A stretch of DNA of 63,345 nt, the filler included, from Bigelowiella natans CCMP2755 (Eukaryota > Protista > Cercozoa): NCBI GenBank assembly GCA_000320545.1. It is 7 parts of 7 records of this genome, joined end to end, with 100 filler letters (N's around TTAATTAATTAA, not from the genome) between each part and the next. Parts side by side here need not be neighbours in the genome. Positions count along the whole stretch, not along the records: positions 21,800 to 36,043 come from ADNK01000943.1; positions 36,144 to 41,948 come from ADNK01002039.1; 5 more parts are not named here. One strand, 5' to 3'. Positions within the stretch are counted from its first letter, which is position 1. Each line of letters starts with the position of its first letter. This document shows positions 25,003-37,638 of this stretch, one piece after another. Under the pieces are notes generated by a model. It did no database searches. It worked only from the letters and a program-made list of their open reading frames with translations, and was not told the DNA's origin. The position numbers and the translations under genes were made by a program.

Positions 25003-26230
25003 ATGCTGGCGATGACCGCGTGCCGCCGACGCCGGCGGGGCATGCTCCAAGCAGCATCTTTGCTCACCTTGGGGGCTATTGTTGTGCAGATTCTTTCACC
25101 GTCGCGAGTTGCGGGGCCGCTAGTGCGTCCTGCATCGACCCTTCGTTCTCTCGCGTCCTGTGGAAGGAGAAGAGGGGTGGCGGCGTTGTCCGTCTTCCAA
25201 TCACCACGGCGACGTGCGGTGCGCTCTATCCTCGGAAGCACCCTACTCGTGTCTCATCAGCTGCGCCCTAGCATCGCCGGTGAAAGACTGAGCGGGGACG
25301 GCGGGCGCATGGCAGACATCGACCGGAAGAAGCTCTACGACAATGTGGCAGGTAGGCGTCCTTTTCGTACGCAGCTAGAGTAAGCGATGATAACGAGGAT
25401 CAAGGGTGATGATGCTGTAAATAAACAGCTCATGAATTCTGCCAACTTCAAAAGTGATTTCTCCGTTCCTTCTCTTTTTTGTCTTCTTCTTCTTCGTCGT
25501 TCTTCTTGTTCTTTCTTCCCCCCTCCCCCCCCTAACGCTGGAAAGATAAGTATGACGAGCTGGACGGAGGAGCAGCAGCAACCGCCCTTGGACTACCAGA
25601 AAAACGAGCAAAGCTACTAGCCGAAGCGTCCGGGGATGTACTAGAGCTTGCTGTTGGAACAGGCCTCAACCTGCCCCTTTATCGGTAGGAGTAGCTACTA
25701 CTGCGATGTTGTTTTAGGAAAGTGTTGCGATAAAATTTTGTCGAAGCGGCCACATATCCATCCGTTCTCCCTTCTGCATGGCTAACAAGAGTAGGCTGGC
25801 CAAGCTCACGCAGATACAAACTTACACTCGACCCAATATATGTAACACACACACACACACACAAACACATATAAATGAAATAAATGTATGCATTAGATAC
25901 GAGAATATAAAGAGCCTGCGCGGGGTGGATTTAAGCAGCGGGATGCTGCAAAATGCGGTGGTGAAAAAAAACAAGCTTCCTGCTCGGGACAAGGCAAAGG
26001 TAGAGTGGAAGTAGTAGTAGGCAGTACTAGTGTTAGCTCTAGCTGTAGTATTTTCGTGTGTTTTGCTTATTGATAGTTCACTTCATTATGATGCCGTCAG
26101 ATATCGCTGTCTGAGATGGACGCCTCTCGGCTCAGCTTCGATGATAACTCCTTCGATTACGTGAGCTTCCCACAATGGGCGTCTGATGTGCACGACAACA
26201 ATTTCCATCAACATATATAGGTTGAGATTA

Positions 26231-26269
<39 letters not shown>

Positions 26270-27075
26270 CAGGTGGTGGAGACGTTCTCCCTATGCGTGG
26301 TGTACAACCCAGAAGCCGTGTTGCGTGAGGCCTTCCGTGTGCTCAAACCGGGGGGGCAGCTCCTCATATTGGAAAATTCGCGCTCCACGAACCCAATTCT
26401 AGGTCGCAACCTTGGCGACGAGAGAGAGGGGGGGGGGGGGGTAAGGGTGGGGGGGAAGTGGAAACAAAAGGACAATGTAGAAAGGTTGTAGAGAGTGCGT
26501 AAGTGCTGAATCTTCTTCACACAGTCATGCTGTTTTATAGCAGCACTCTTTGCGTATCTGCGAGGTCCTATCGAGTTTTTCCACTGGGAGAATGAAACAG
26601 AGAGAAATGCCTGCTTGTATATTGCTTCTTGCCTGCTCTTTGACTGGGGACATACACTATACATCATCCTTCATTGATATATATATCAGGACTATATCAA
26701 GACGTCACTGCAGACATCCTGGCACGCTACGGAGGCAAAGCTTGCATTTGGAACCAGGTAGAAAGCAGCCACCAACAAACACACCGCTGGACGAGTTGAA
26801 ATATCCGCGCATACATGCTGGGAAGTAATCGGCTCTCCTATTTTATCAAACATTTCCCAATTCGTGCATGGGGGGGGAGGCTGGTTTGCTTTTCATTCGC
26901 TGCGCATTACGACTCGGTTTCTATACTCCCCCTATCATCACCGCGTCACTCTTTTACTATATGCACCGCCTAGGACGTCATCGAGCTTACCAAGAACGTT
27001 GGATTTAAGCTTGATTACGTGGAAGACTATGGAACTGGGCTGCTGAGAGCAGTCAAGGCAACCAAACAAGTATAA
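25003..27075 (+). CDS. Class I SAM-dependent methyltransferase (UbiE/PmtA-like, Methyltransf_11/25) with a long targeting leader
   Basis: Motif I GDVLELAVGTGLNLPLY, GVDLSSGML, MDASRLSFDDNSFDYVVETFSLC, LREAFRVLKPGGQLLILE. Seven exons join in frame to ...LRAVKATKQV*. Confidence 0.95.
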
Positions 27076-27743
27076 CGATACGTGTATTATCGGTCTTGCG
27101 CGAGCGCTCCTGGCGCGTACCACAAATACATTAGGTCGAAATTTATCATTACACATGCCAATAGCAACAATATGGCTACTACCGCAAGTCATGAAAGAGT
27201 GTAACAAACTCGTATATCGTGCGACGTATAGACGAACAGTGTAGTAAGATGGCTAAATTCGAATCCACCTGTGGTTATATAAATTACATATCTACAGCGC
27301 ACATGTACTACATACTAGCTAGCTAGCACCGCTACGCTCGCGCCACTACATGCACGCAGCGGCATTATTAGCTTCAAACAACAACATGCACTGCATGGAT
27401 ACCCTCTTTGATCCAGGATGTGGACATCTGGCCAGCTGAATATGCGCTAATGCATTTCTTACAGTTTTTATAGGTTGAAATAAATGCAAATATGCATAGT
27501 ACGTGTGCTTGTAGCTGCTATTATTAAGGTTGACTATCGCATCGTTCGCATGCTACTGTATGCTACTGTATATGCTACTGTATGCAGCAAATGTTACAAA
27601 ATAGTCACGTTGGAAATGCGCCAGCTATGTGAACATATCTGTGCGAAATACTTACAAATGACATATGTGCCTCCATTCCAGCTCCCTCACTTTTTACAAC
27701 AACTTTAACCACAAATCCAAGCACATGATGAAAGTACGCTGCC

Positions 27744-28608
27744 TCAAGAGAATCGTCGAGCGTTTGCTGCACTCTCGTCGCATGTCCAAGATATTGTCAC
27801 AGCATATCTAAGTAAAGATGTCAATCCGTTATTCAGCCGTGTGATTACTTCGAGAACCGAAATCGGCAACTGTGTTTATCATCGCGCACCCATCTCACCT
27901 TACACCTTTACGGACTTTCCGCACTCGATGGGGATTTTCTTCCCCGGATGTGAAGATCAGCAGATTACCAGACCTGCACGAGTATGCCCGCAATGTGAGT
28001 CTTACAGAAGGCCAATGCACAAGTGGAAGGAAAAGTTCGGCGCCCTTTCGAGACTCGAGACGCATAGAAGCTATTAGCAACTACGAGGCAGTTACGCTTT
28101 ACTACCTCGGGTGGATGATACTAGGCGCGTCTATTGGTGATGATGCGCCTTCGATATCATCATTCTCTTCATCATCACCTCCGGGGCTGACAAACTGAAA
28201 CTCTCCTCCCTGCGCAGATACGTTTAATGAGGCCACGTTTTGTTTGTTCGCAGGTGTGTTTGTATGACTATTAAGCAATGTGCAGTAGCTTGGAGACAAC
28301 ACACACACGTACACGGACACACACACGCACACGCACACGCACACGCACACACACACATGCACGCACGCGCGCATCGGCACATTACTACCACCACCACCAC
28401 CACCTTGTAGTCCTCCCCATGAGTGTTCAGGTAAAGCAGTGACGTGTAGATGAACGTTCCGTACTGCCTTGTGTCCACGTGCGCGTGCCTTAATGATACC
28501 CACGATAGATTGTTTGTGGGCTTTTTTGGTGGTGTGTACGTGCTAAATGATTTTCAAGATCTGCACTATCGTATTAATTTTATAAGCAACACGCGCGGGT
28601 ACACACAC

Positions 28609-28656
<48 letters not shown>

Positions 28657-29320
28657 CACACACATTACCAATACTCATCGTTGATCTGCACCGCCTTGGA
28701 TCCCCCCTCTATTCGACTGCGAGTCGCGAAACGTCGTTAAAGAAACGTGGTATCATCAGGATTATCAGCACCCCCATTTGTAGTACAGACAACACTAACA
28801 CGATTGAAGCTACAAAAGATCACCATCGCATCATTAGTATCGATAGAGACACCGCATTATAGCCGTTGAAGTCATTTGCCCATGCAAGTTATTCGTCGCC
28901 GTCGTAAGCACCTGAAGAACGTAGGAGATGCCGGATATAGCACTTCGAGGCCTCGCTTTTTGGCGATTGTAGACCCAACTCGGTCAATTACGGCCTGCAA
29001 ATACGTCGGAAATCTCATCAGATATAATCATCAGAATTGTCACGTCAACGACGGCTTTACAATCAAATGCTTTCGAAAACACATGCGACGGCTCTGCTAG
29101 CGCTGCTGCTGCTGCTGCTGCAACTATGCGTCCACGAACACGTGCAAAATATACGAACAAGCAAAGGCATATACAGCAAGTATATAGAATCACACTCGTA
29201 GGCTTGATTCTATCTTCAAGCCGTATCATTCTCTCACTTGGAAAGTCCGCAGCAACGAATCGTTCAGCGATTTCCCTGATTTTGTTTGATCGTAGATAGC
29301 GATATCGACGCACGCACAAA

Positions 29321-29391
<71 letters not shown>

Positions 29392-29886
29392 AAGGCGTAC
29401 AAACACTTCACATGCACAAGTGCACGGGTGAAAGACATAAGCGCATAAGCTCAAAGCGTCGGTAGAATAGAGTTGAAGCACGCATTGGGACACACTGCTA
29501 TTCCGGTAGCGACCCAACCTTGGGATTTAAGAACTTCGTAAGCATTCACAAATTGCTCGCCTGGTACCACAAAGACGACGTAGAAATCGGATTAGAATAA
29601 CGAGAGGCATGGCTCTCGCTGAAACGATTCTCTTCTACCATTATGTTGTATTTATCATCTCCAAGTGAATTACTCTTCCTCCTCCTCCTCCCCTCCTCCC
29701 CTCCTCTTCTACCATGACTGCAAGCACCGCTTGCGGTGTCGAATATTGAGACGGATCCTGCCCCGCCACCACCTACCTTCATTCCTGAGAAGCGAGAGGT
29801 CAGAAAGTTAGCTGAGCCGGCAAGCGCTGTCGGCGTAATAGATCGAACAATAACAACAACAAAAACAACTCCTCCTCCTCCTCCTC

Positions 29887-29924
<38 letters not shown>

Positions 29925-30544
29925 GCAGCTACTGCTACTACACTTTTACGAACGTGTATTATCTGCACACCTTCCTCAGCCAGCTGGATTAGATCCGACA
30001 CCTCTCTCTCGTTGGCAAATCCCTTAACGTATTCCCGAAAGCACTGCGTTGGACTGCGTTGCAAGGCATAAGGGATGGGGGAGGAGAAGGAGGAGAAGGA
30101 GGGGGGGGGAGGGAGGAGGGGGCGGGGCAAGGATTGAATATTCGAGAAGAAAAGAAGTAAGGAGCTTACTGATGACGCGACAACAGGTTAAAAGAGCAGC
30201 TTACGTGCAGCCCTCAATAGCGGGGAGATATGAGTTCTCGCTACATCCAACGAAAACAAGAGCACTGCTGTTACCCCTGGCGTGCAAACAATATGATGCG
30301 ATGATGACGACGATGGTGATGATGGCAATGATGCTGACGAGGATTGTTGTGAGAGTGAATACTTTCCTATGCCCGCTTGCGGACTCGACGGAGACGGCGA
30401 CGGCGAAAGGAAAAAGGCCGCCACAGCTACTACAAACGCCACTCCAAAGAGCGTCAGCAACTTTCGATTATCGTTATCGATTTCTCCATTGCGCGCGCTG
30501 CACAGCTTCGTACGGACGTGGCTCTTCTTCTTCTTCTTCCCCAT
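27744..30544 (-). CDS. OGFOD3: OGFOD3-like 2-oxoglutarate/Fe(II) dioxygenase, type II membrane anchor
   Basis: TM LLTLFGVAFVVAVAAFFL; LAEEGMKVGGGGAGSVSIFDTASGA; RFVNAY; SPTFF; NDEYWHAHVDTRQYGTFIYTSLLYLNTHGEDYKGGEF (HxD); IFTSGEENPHRVRKV (distal His); GVRYAVTISWTC. Colinear with OGFOD3 family motifs. Confidence 0.93.
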
Positions 30545-30978
30545 TCTCCGCCGTCGTCCGCGACACGCTCTGAATGCAATTTGGGGCAAATTCCCATGCT
30601 GAGAACATCCAAAAATACCAGGAATCTGTCTACTGGAATATTGGTAAATATTTTGTACGGAAAACATCTGAATATGGCACCTGGGGCGTCGGAGGCTGTC
30701 AGCGGCTTCGCGACAAAAGATGCTCCATTATTGCAATTGTTGCCGATTTGAAGCGAAAATTAGTAAAAAAAACGATAATACCGCCTCGATGTACCGAAAA
30801 TCGCCCCAATTGCTGCACATCTTGCTCTTGCTGTAAGCTACGTCTTCTGATAAATATCAACCATCTGGAAACGGTAGTGGTGTCATCAGCCGGCCCCAAC
30901 AAGAGAACAAGAGGGCGGGTAGACAGCATATACACCAGATCAGCACGAGCAGCGGCAACTCGGGTAGAGGAGTAGATA

Positions 30979-33607
30979 ATGCTAAATAGAAATTCCAAAG
31001 CTGGCAATAAAAGCATAGACTATGCGCTCGATCAGCTCACAGGCGGCATCGTATCAAAGCATTCAGACACCAATACCAGTGAGCGCGGAGATGAGAAAAC
31101 GCGGTCAACGGCCGAATCTCCGAACATGAGGGCACAAAATCAGGAGTCAAAGATAGGGTTTACAATACACAGCATTGATAAGACGAAACCTCGTACTGAA
31201 ACTTCCAAAGCTAACAATAAAAGCATAGACTACGCCGTCCACCAGCTCACAGGCGGCATCGTATCAAAGCATACAGATACCAATACCAGCGAGCAAAACG
31301 TCGCAGGGCGAAAGGCGCAGAATGAGGAGGCAAAGGAAGAGGAGACGAAAAGGCTGAAGAACAATGATACCAAAGAGTTCCAAAATATCAATGCGCTGAC
31401 CAATCAGGAGGCCAAGGGAGGAGAGAAGACCAAAGAGTTCCAAAATATCAGTGCACTATCGCACGTAAGTACCACACCCAGTTTTGTCCTAAAAAACCTT
31501 AGAATATAATCTCTTTAGCTCGGTTGGTAAACAATCACATCTTATAGGTCGAAAGGACACGGTCAATGCAGATTATCAGCGAAGACCGCTCAAGGCCAGG
31601 AACAGCCTGCTCGTTAATCTCGAAGGCGGTTGAAGAGATTCAAGAAGAGATGGAGAAATCTACAAGAGGTTGCTGCTGGAGGAAGTGGATGTGGGCGAGG
31701 GTGTACTTCTTCACCATTCCAAGTCACTTCTTCGTTTACACGAAGGTAATTTGTGCACGACCAGCGGTAGTACTGGGCATATGCGCCGGGTGTGTGCGCA
31801 AAAGCGATTGCTTTTAGAGTCCCTCCGCTTTACCGCATCTAACTTCTTCATGGTTCATTCTTTGCCTTCCCCTTATTCTACAAACATCTAGGCCGCGTTT
31901 GCATACGAGCGCAACATTCTCGCGCTTGCTCTCGACGTGTGGGATACGATAACAGACTTCCTTCTCCTTGTCGTAATCGCAAGCACAGTAAACTCGGGGG
32001 GGGGGGCTGGCGCCATCATGTGGCTATGCGTCGGGCTTGCGTTTGGGGTTTTGAATCTTGCGCTAGAGCTGGCAACTGTACTTCGCGGCAGAACGTACTC
32101 TATCGTGCAAGGGGCATGGTTTGCACACGGACGCTCGGTACACATAGTGCTTATTCACTCGTGCCTGCAATAGCAGTGGGGGTTGTGGTGGGCGTCGTGA
32201 TACGCATACGCGGCAAGACCGAGAATACTTGCCTCCCATCGTGTTCTTTCTACCCGTAATTTTTTTGGGTATGCGCGCAGCGCCGCCGCTGCTGGATGAA
32301 ATTGATGCGATTGTAGACCGCCAAAGCTGCCCTGTGCCTAATCTCTAGGTTCTTGCAGTGGAGGCTACAAAGGCCCGGGAAGAGGGGCTAGCTGAAACCG
32401 GGTCTACAGAGCTCACAATCGATTTAAAGCGGTTTGTTATGGAGCTTAGATAGGAAAGAGAAACAGGGTCAAAGAGAGAGGGGGGGAGGGGGGAGGGGGC
32501 AGGGAAGCGTGGATGTACGCGTGGGAGGATAGATGCTACACAGACGACCGGCATGTTTTCTGTGTAACTGCCTTCTCTTCTAGCCCTTCTTCATCTCTCT
32601 ATTCTTCTATCATTTCTCTGTTTTCAATAACCACGATTTATTGCAGACTCGAGGCCAGCGTGATGTTTACGCGCTGCATCACGGAAGACGCGTTAATCAC
32701 GATTGTCGCGCTGCTCAGGGGCGAGAAGATAGACGGTATCATTTTCGTCTTTATCTGCACACATTGTGGTGTATCTGCGCGTGCATGTAGGAGATGTGTG
32801 TGCCTGGGTGTTCCTCATCGGCAGCGCAGCAAAAGCTCAACTTGTTGGTGATTCGAACACAGGTTTTTCAGAGATCATCGCGTACTCTACATCGCTCGTA
32901 TTCATGATGATAGCAATCCTGGGGCTCTTCGATCTCCTCGTCTCCCGTGTCAGCTATGGCTTTCGCGAGTTTAGCACGGGGGAAGGAAGCGGCAGCCGCA
33001 CAGGTACATTGGGTTGTATTATGTGGTGCTGCCACTGCATATTATGGCTGCCGCTGACCGCTGGCCTAGCAGTCATGGTATATCTCTGGGCAAGAACTGT
33101 GAGCTTATTCTTCCAGGAATCGAAGACGGCGGATTCGGAGATAATTATGCTGCACATAGGTGCTTCTGATCTCGTCGTTTTTCTTTTATTCTCTGCCATT
33201 GCAGTACTCTTACCACCAAATTACGCTCCCCGTCTCCTCCCCATCTTTCTTCACATACTTCACCATGCATCCTTTCTCTTTCTGTGCTAAGACGAGTCCC
33301 CTATCCATTCGATCTCTATTTTCCATACTCAGCCGCCGCAGTGATTGCAGTTATCTCGGTTGCGAATATTTACTCCCAGAGCTTTGGAAGCTACCATGCA
33401 GAGACTCAAGAAGGTGTGATCCACGGGCCTTTTGCGCGAGATAAATGGACCGAGAGTCATGAGAAGACTGTAATGCGGAACATCGCACTCATCATGCACG
33501 ACTCAATAATCTCCAGCGCGGTTGGGGAGCGACAGCAGGAGGCAGGTCGCGCCAGCCAAAAAAGGAGAGACTCCGCCGTAGGCTCTTGCTGCTGCTATTT
33601 TGTGTGA
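30979..33607 (+). CDS. Multipass membrane protein with a repetitive hydrophilic N-terminus; faint XK-family resemblance
   Basis: Long exons with about 6-7 hydrophobic segments. LDVWDTITDFLLL and FTRCITEDALI recall the D-xx-TD and (L)ED motifs. Ends GSCCCYFV*. Confidence 0.7.
30993..31294 (+). repeat. Intragenic ~92-bp direct repeat, copies 210 bp apart
   Basis: SKAGNKSIDYALDQLTGGIVSKHSDTNTSE versus SKANNKSIDYAVHQLTGGIVSKHTDTNTSE, with several synonymous third-position changes. Confidence 0.95.
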
Positions 33608-33832
33608 CATCTAGACGTATGCGTAACTGATGAATATACATTATTCGAGTACGTTTTGGAAGCGAATCGAATAAAATATGGCGCTTATTTGATGCGAAGA
33701 AGTAGTGTATGAGACGGATGTAATGAATGCATTAGATTCGCTCAATAATCACCCTAATGTTGCTACTGCACAATGATGCGGCTACAGCGCTGAAATTGCG
33801 TATATCAGTTTCTGCGAAGTGACATTATGTGC

Positions 33833-33885
<53 letters not shown>

Positions 33886-34472
33886 GCGTGGCGATCAATT
33901 CTAGCTTGATCGCGGCGTGAATGTACGGACATGACATTTTCATGCACTCGAGTAACTTTTAATATTATTTAAATTGAATCGCAATAGGATATACTGTAAT
34001 AAGTACATATGCGTATGTGTATATAGGCTGTGCCGCACGTGTGTGCATTGTCATGGTGCGTTGAAATAAAGGCTAAGGCGCATTGTGGCTATGACACGTA
34101 GCAAAAAACTGAATTTGCGCGGGTATGCATCCATTTAATAATAAAGGCAGCTATATGCAGCAGTCTTATTTATGAGTAAAAACAGTAAGTATGAAGCTGC
34201 TGCTTTCTTCGTTACTTTAGGTTATATTCACACGCATTGGGTCTATAGCCCCAGTACCGCACAGCTACATTAGGATGACATCTGAAAAGCTGAAAATATT
34301 TGATTAATTCATTACATCCGTTCATTGCACTGTGCGCAGCGTTTTGCTTAGCAAAGGTCTTCATTCGTCGTTTCATAAATCCAAAGAATTTATTAGGAAA
34401 AAGCGGGCACAGGCTCGTCGCTTTTCAAATCAATTGACGAATAGACCTCCAAATCCAACTTCATGTAGAATT

Positions 34473-34511
<39 letters not shown>

Positions 34512-34796
34512 ATGGCAACGTTTCCCACAATGCCATGCCACAGTCTCGATCCCATGATATAAAACCATTCCTCAGAGAGATTAGAAGATCGTCTTCATCA
34601 CTACTTCGTTCTATACCTAACGTACGTTCACGCCACGTTACAGTAAGCACAAATGCCAGGATCATGGTATGATCACAATCGAGCAATGAAATAGGGAACG
34701 CCTTTTTGTGGATGAGGAGAAAGCATGGGAGAATCTAAACAAGGCTGTGCTACTAAGCTCCTGCTAGCAACATGACGTCATCTTCGCCTTCGTAGG

Positions 34797-35880
34797 CTAA
34801 TCCGCTGCTGACATGTGACATGCAAAGTCTTTCACGTACACGCTGAGGATATCAATCTGGTGCTGGGGTTGATTGATCTTCTCCAAGCTATTCGCCGTTG
34901 CCTCCCCCCTCTCGATAAGGGCGTTTCGATTCCTCTTCAGACAGTGCCTTATCCGCTCGTAGGTAAGTTCATTGTATATACCAAACTGCACGCAGTCGAG
35001 GCTGGTGAGGGAGCTGTTCTTCTCCAAGCTCTCCCGTAAGAACGTCAGCCCTCTCTCCTGTTTTTATATGCATGGAAAAGTGAAATGCATACAGCATCAA
35101 AAGGCGCGCACTACCACATCTACTTCTCTCTCTACAATTTAGCACCGTAATTCGGTTGTGGATGCAATCGATGGATCTCAGCGTCTCGTTCGTTTTTATC
35201 AGCTCTGCGAGTATCTTAGCGCCATCGTCCTCAATGCGATTTCCGAGCTCTGCAACGGCCTAATCAGGCAGAGATGTATGTATAGAATGCGTTCTTTAAT
35301 GCATTCTTGTTGCTGAAAGGAGTAGCCGCACGGAGTCATTACCTTAACCGCTTTGACGTACCCGACATCAAGCTTCTTCAGGGTTGGATGGTTGCGCACA
35401 GCGTCCGCAATTGCCCTGCCAAACAAATAAATAACGACATATATTACGATGATGATGGTAACGATGATGATGATGATGAGGAGGAGGAGGAGGAGGAGGA
35501 GGGGAAGCTAATAGAGGGGAAGCTAATAGAGGGGAAGCTAATAGAGGGGAAGCTAATAGAGGGGAAGCTAATAGAGGGGAAGCTAATAGAGGGGAAGCTA
35601 ATAGAGGGGAAGCTAATAGAGGGGAAGCTAATAGAGGGGAAGCTAATAGAGGGGAAGCTAATAGAGGGGAAGCTAATAACCGGTCAACAAAGGTTACTAT
35701 GACGACCAAGACGACGAAAACGATGATAGCAATTGCTATTACTTGAGTCCCTTGGCGCGTATTCTGTTTGCTGCGAGCCCGAGCCGCTGCAAGGAATTGT
35801 CCTTTCGGAGGCCCTCTCCCAAGATGCGTGCCCCTTCATCTCCGAGGCGGTTGCAGGAGAGGTAGAGCGTGTGGAGAGAC
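34797..35880 (-). CDS. Ribonuclease-inhibitor-type (GALA-like) leucine-rich repeat protein, 3' part; 5' end in the gap
   Basis: SLHTLYLSCNRLGDEGARILGEGLRKDNSLQRLGLAANRIRAKGLK | AIADAVRNHPTLKKLDVGYVKAVK | ...GNRIEDDGAKILAELIKTNETLRSID...LEKNSSLTSLD: 28-aa RI-LRR periodicity. Confidence 0.92.
35501..35678. repeat. Intronic 15-bp minisatellite (GGGGAAGCTAATAGA), 11 perfect copies plus a partial 12th
   Basis: Directly visible, no spacers. Lies between two LRR exons. Confidence 0.99.
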
Positions 35881-36000
35881 CTAGTAGTTAGCGTGTGAAA
35901 GAGGACGAGGAGGAGGAGGAGGGAGAGGAGGAGTAAGCAAAAACGAACAGATGGAAGAGGATATCTGATGTGCTGCTGCTGCTTTCATTCATGAGAGCAG

Positions 36001-36042
<42 letters not shown>

Positions 36043-36043
36043 A

Positions 36044-36143
36044 NNNNNNNNNNNNNNNNNNNNNNNNNNNNNNNNNNNNNNNNNNNNTTAATTAATTAAN
36101 NNNNNNNNNNNNNNNNNNNNNNNNNNNNNNNNNNNNNNNNNNN
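36044..36143. other. Assembly gap spacer (artificial)
   Basis: N44-TTAATTAATTAA-N44. Confidence 0.99.
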
Positions 36144-36147
36144 GTGC

Positions 36148-36197
<50 letters not shown>

Positions 36198-36234
36198 GGA
36201 TAATGGCCGGCATTGCAGCAAGCTAGCAGCACAC

Positions 36235-36523
36235 CCGACGCGCTTGATTTTGTGGCTTCCAACATCGACCACGAATAAATCGCCAGACATCTGGAGCGAA
36301 GTGTAATGCAAAGAACACATTTTTGTCGTCATCACGGCGGCTCAGCAGCAGCACACGCTCCACTCTCCCCTCCCCCCCCCTCCCCCCCCTCTCCATGGTG
36401 ACAAAAAGCTGTACCAAAAGGCATCCAGCGGCCTTCCAATATATCTCTGAGCCACTGCTACTACCTAATACTTCTACTACTACTCTACTACTACTACTAC
36501 TACCACTATTACTGTTACAATTT

Positions 36524-36554
<31 letters not shown>

Positions 36555-36941
36555 TACTACCACTACTACTACTACTACTACTAACAGTACTAGTAGTACT
36601 AATAGCACCGGATCAACAGACACATCATTGCAGCACTCGAACGTGCTGAATTCGTGAAACCCATCGTGGCCTCCAAAGCGGAACCCCCCTGCGATCGTCG
36701 TGACCATCCTCGCGCGCTCCGCGTCGGTGTCTAGCCGTCGCAGGTACTCCTTCTCCAGCACCCGCCGCACCTCAATCGTCCCGGCGCCCAGGCTGCCGGG
36801 AAGACAGGAGGAGGAAAGAACGCGATTGGTTTTGGGAATGACGACGACGACGACGATGACGACGGAGAACCACCACCGGTTTTTACGCACAATTTGCGCA
36901 CAGGTTACGTAAAAAACGCGAAAAACACACACACTCTCACA

Positions 36942-36987
<46 letters not shown>

Positions 36988-37482
36988 GAAATGCACACAA
37001 AAATACAGATCCATGCATGCGCTTTGCAGAGAAAGAAATTGGCAAATCAATCAAGAGTAAAGAGACTGTGTGTATCGACTTCTGCTCCCGTTTCGTGAGC
37101 GCGCGGACGGCACGATCCCCGAGGGAAACCTCCATGCCGTTCATCCTGTCCTTCCCCTCCCCAGCATTCTTTCCCTCTTTCCTCTCATCCGGGATCCTCA
37201 GGCGCCGCGCGGGTAGATTCAGAATCATATCGAGCTCCTCTTCCCCCGTCTCCTCCTCTTGCTTGCCGTTGTCCCCCCCCCCCCCTCCCCCCGCCGCCGC
37301 CTTCTTCTTCGAGCTCGATAGAGAGTGTCCTCCTCTCCTCCCCCCCCCGGGCCGGAGACGACGGCTGACGGTGACGTCAAAAGCCACGTCGTAGGGGGTG
37401 AAGTGCTCTATGACGAGAGGCGGCTTCACATCGTGGACGCGGACGACACGGCCTTTGATCCAGCGCCCCTGGATTGTGTTTC

Positions 37483-37522
<40 letters not shown>

Positions 37523-37601
37523 GCGGCGCGCGCGCGTGTGTGTTTGTCCGAGCTTGTGTACGTGTACACTGTGTGGCAAGGAGGATGCCTATGAATTATG
37601 C

Positions 37602-37638
<37 letters not shown>

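Noticed and set aside
35501-35678. CRISPR array or (EGKLI)n/(LASPL)n repeat protein
   Set aside because: No spacers, eukaryotic context, and it lies in an intron between in-frame LRR exons.
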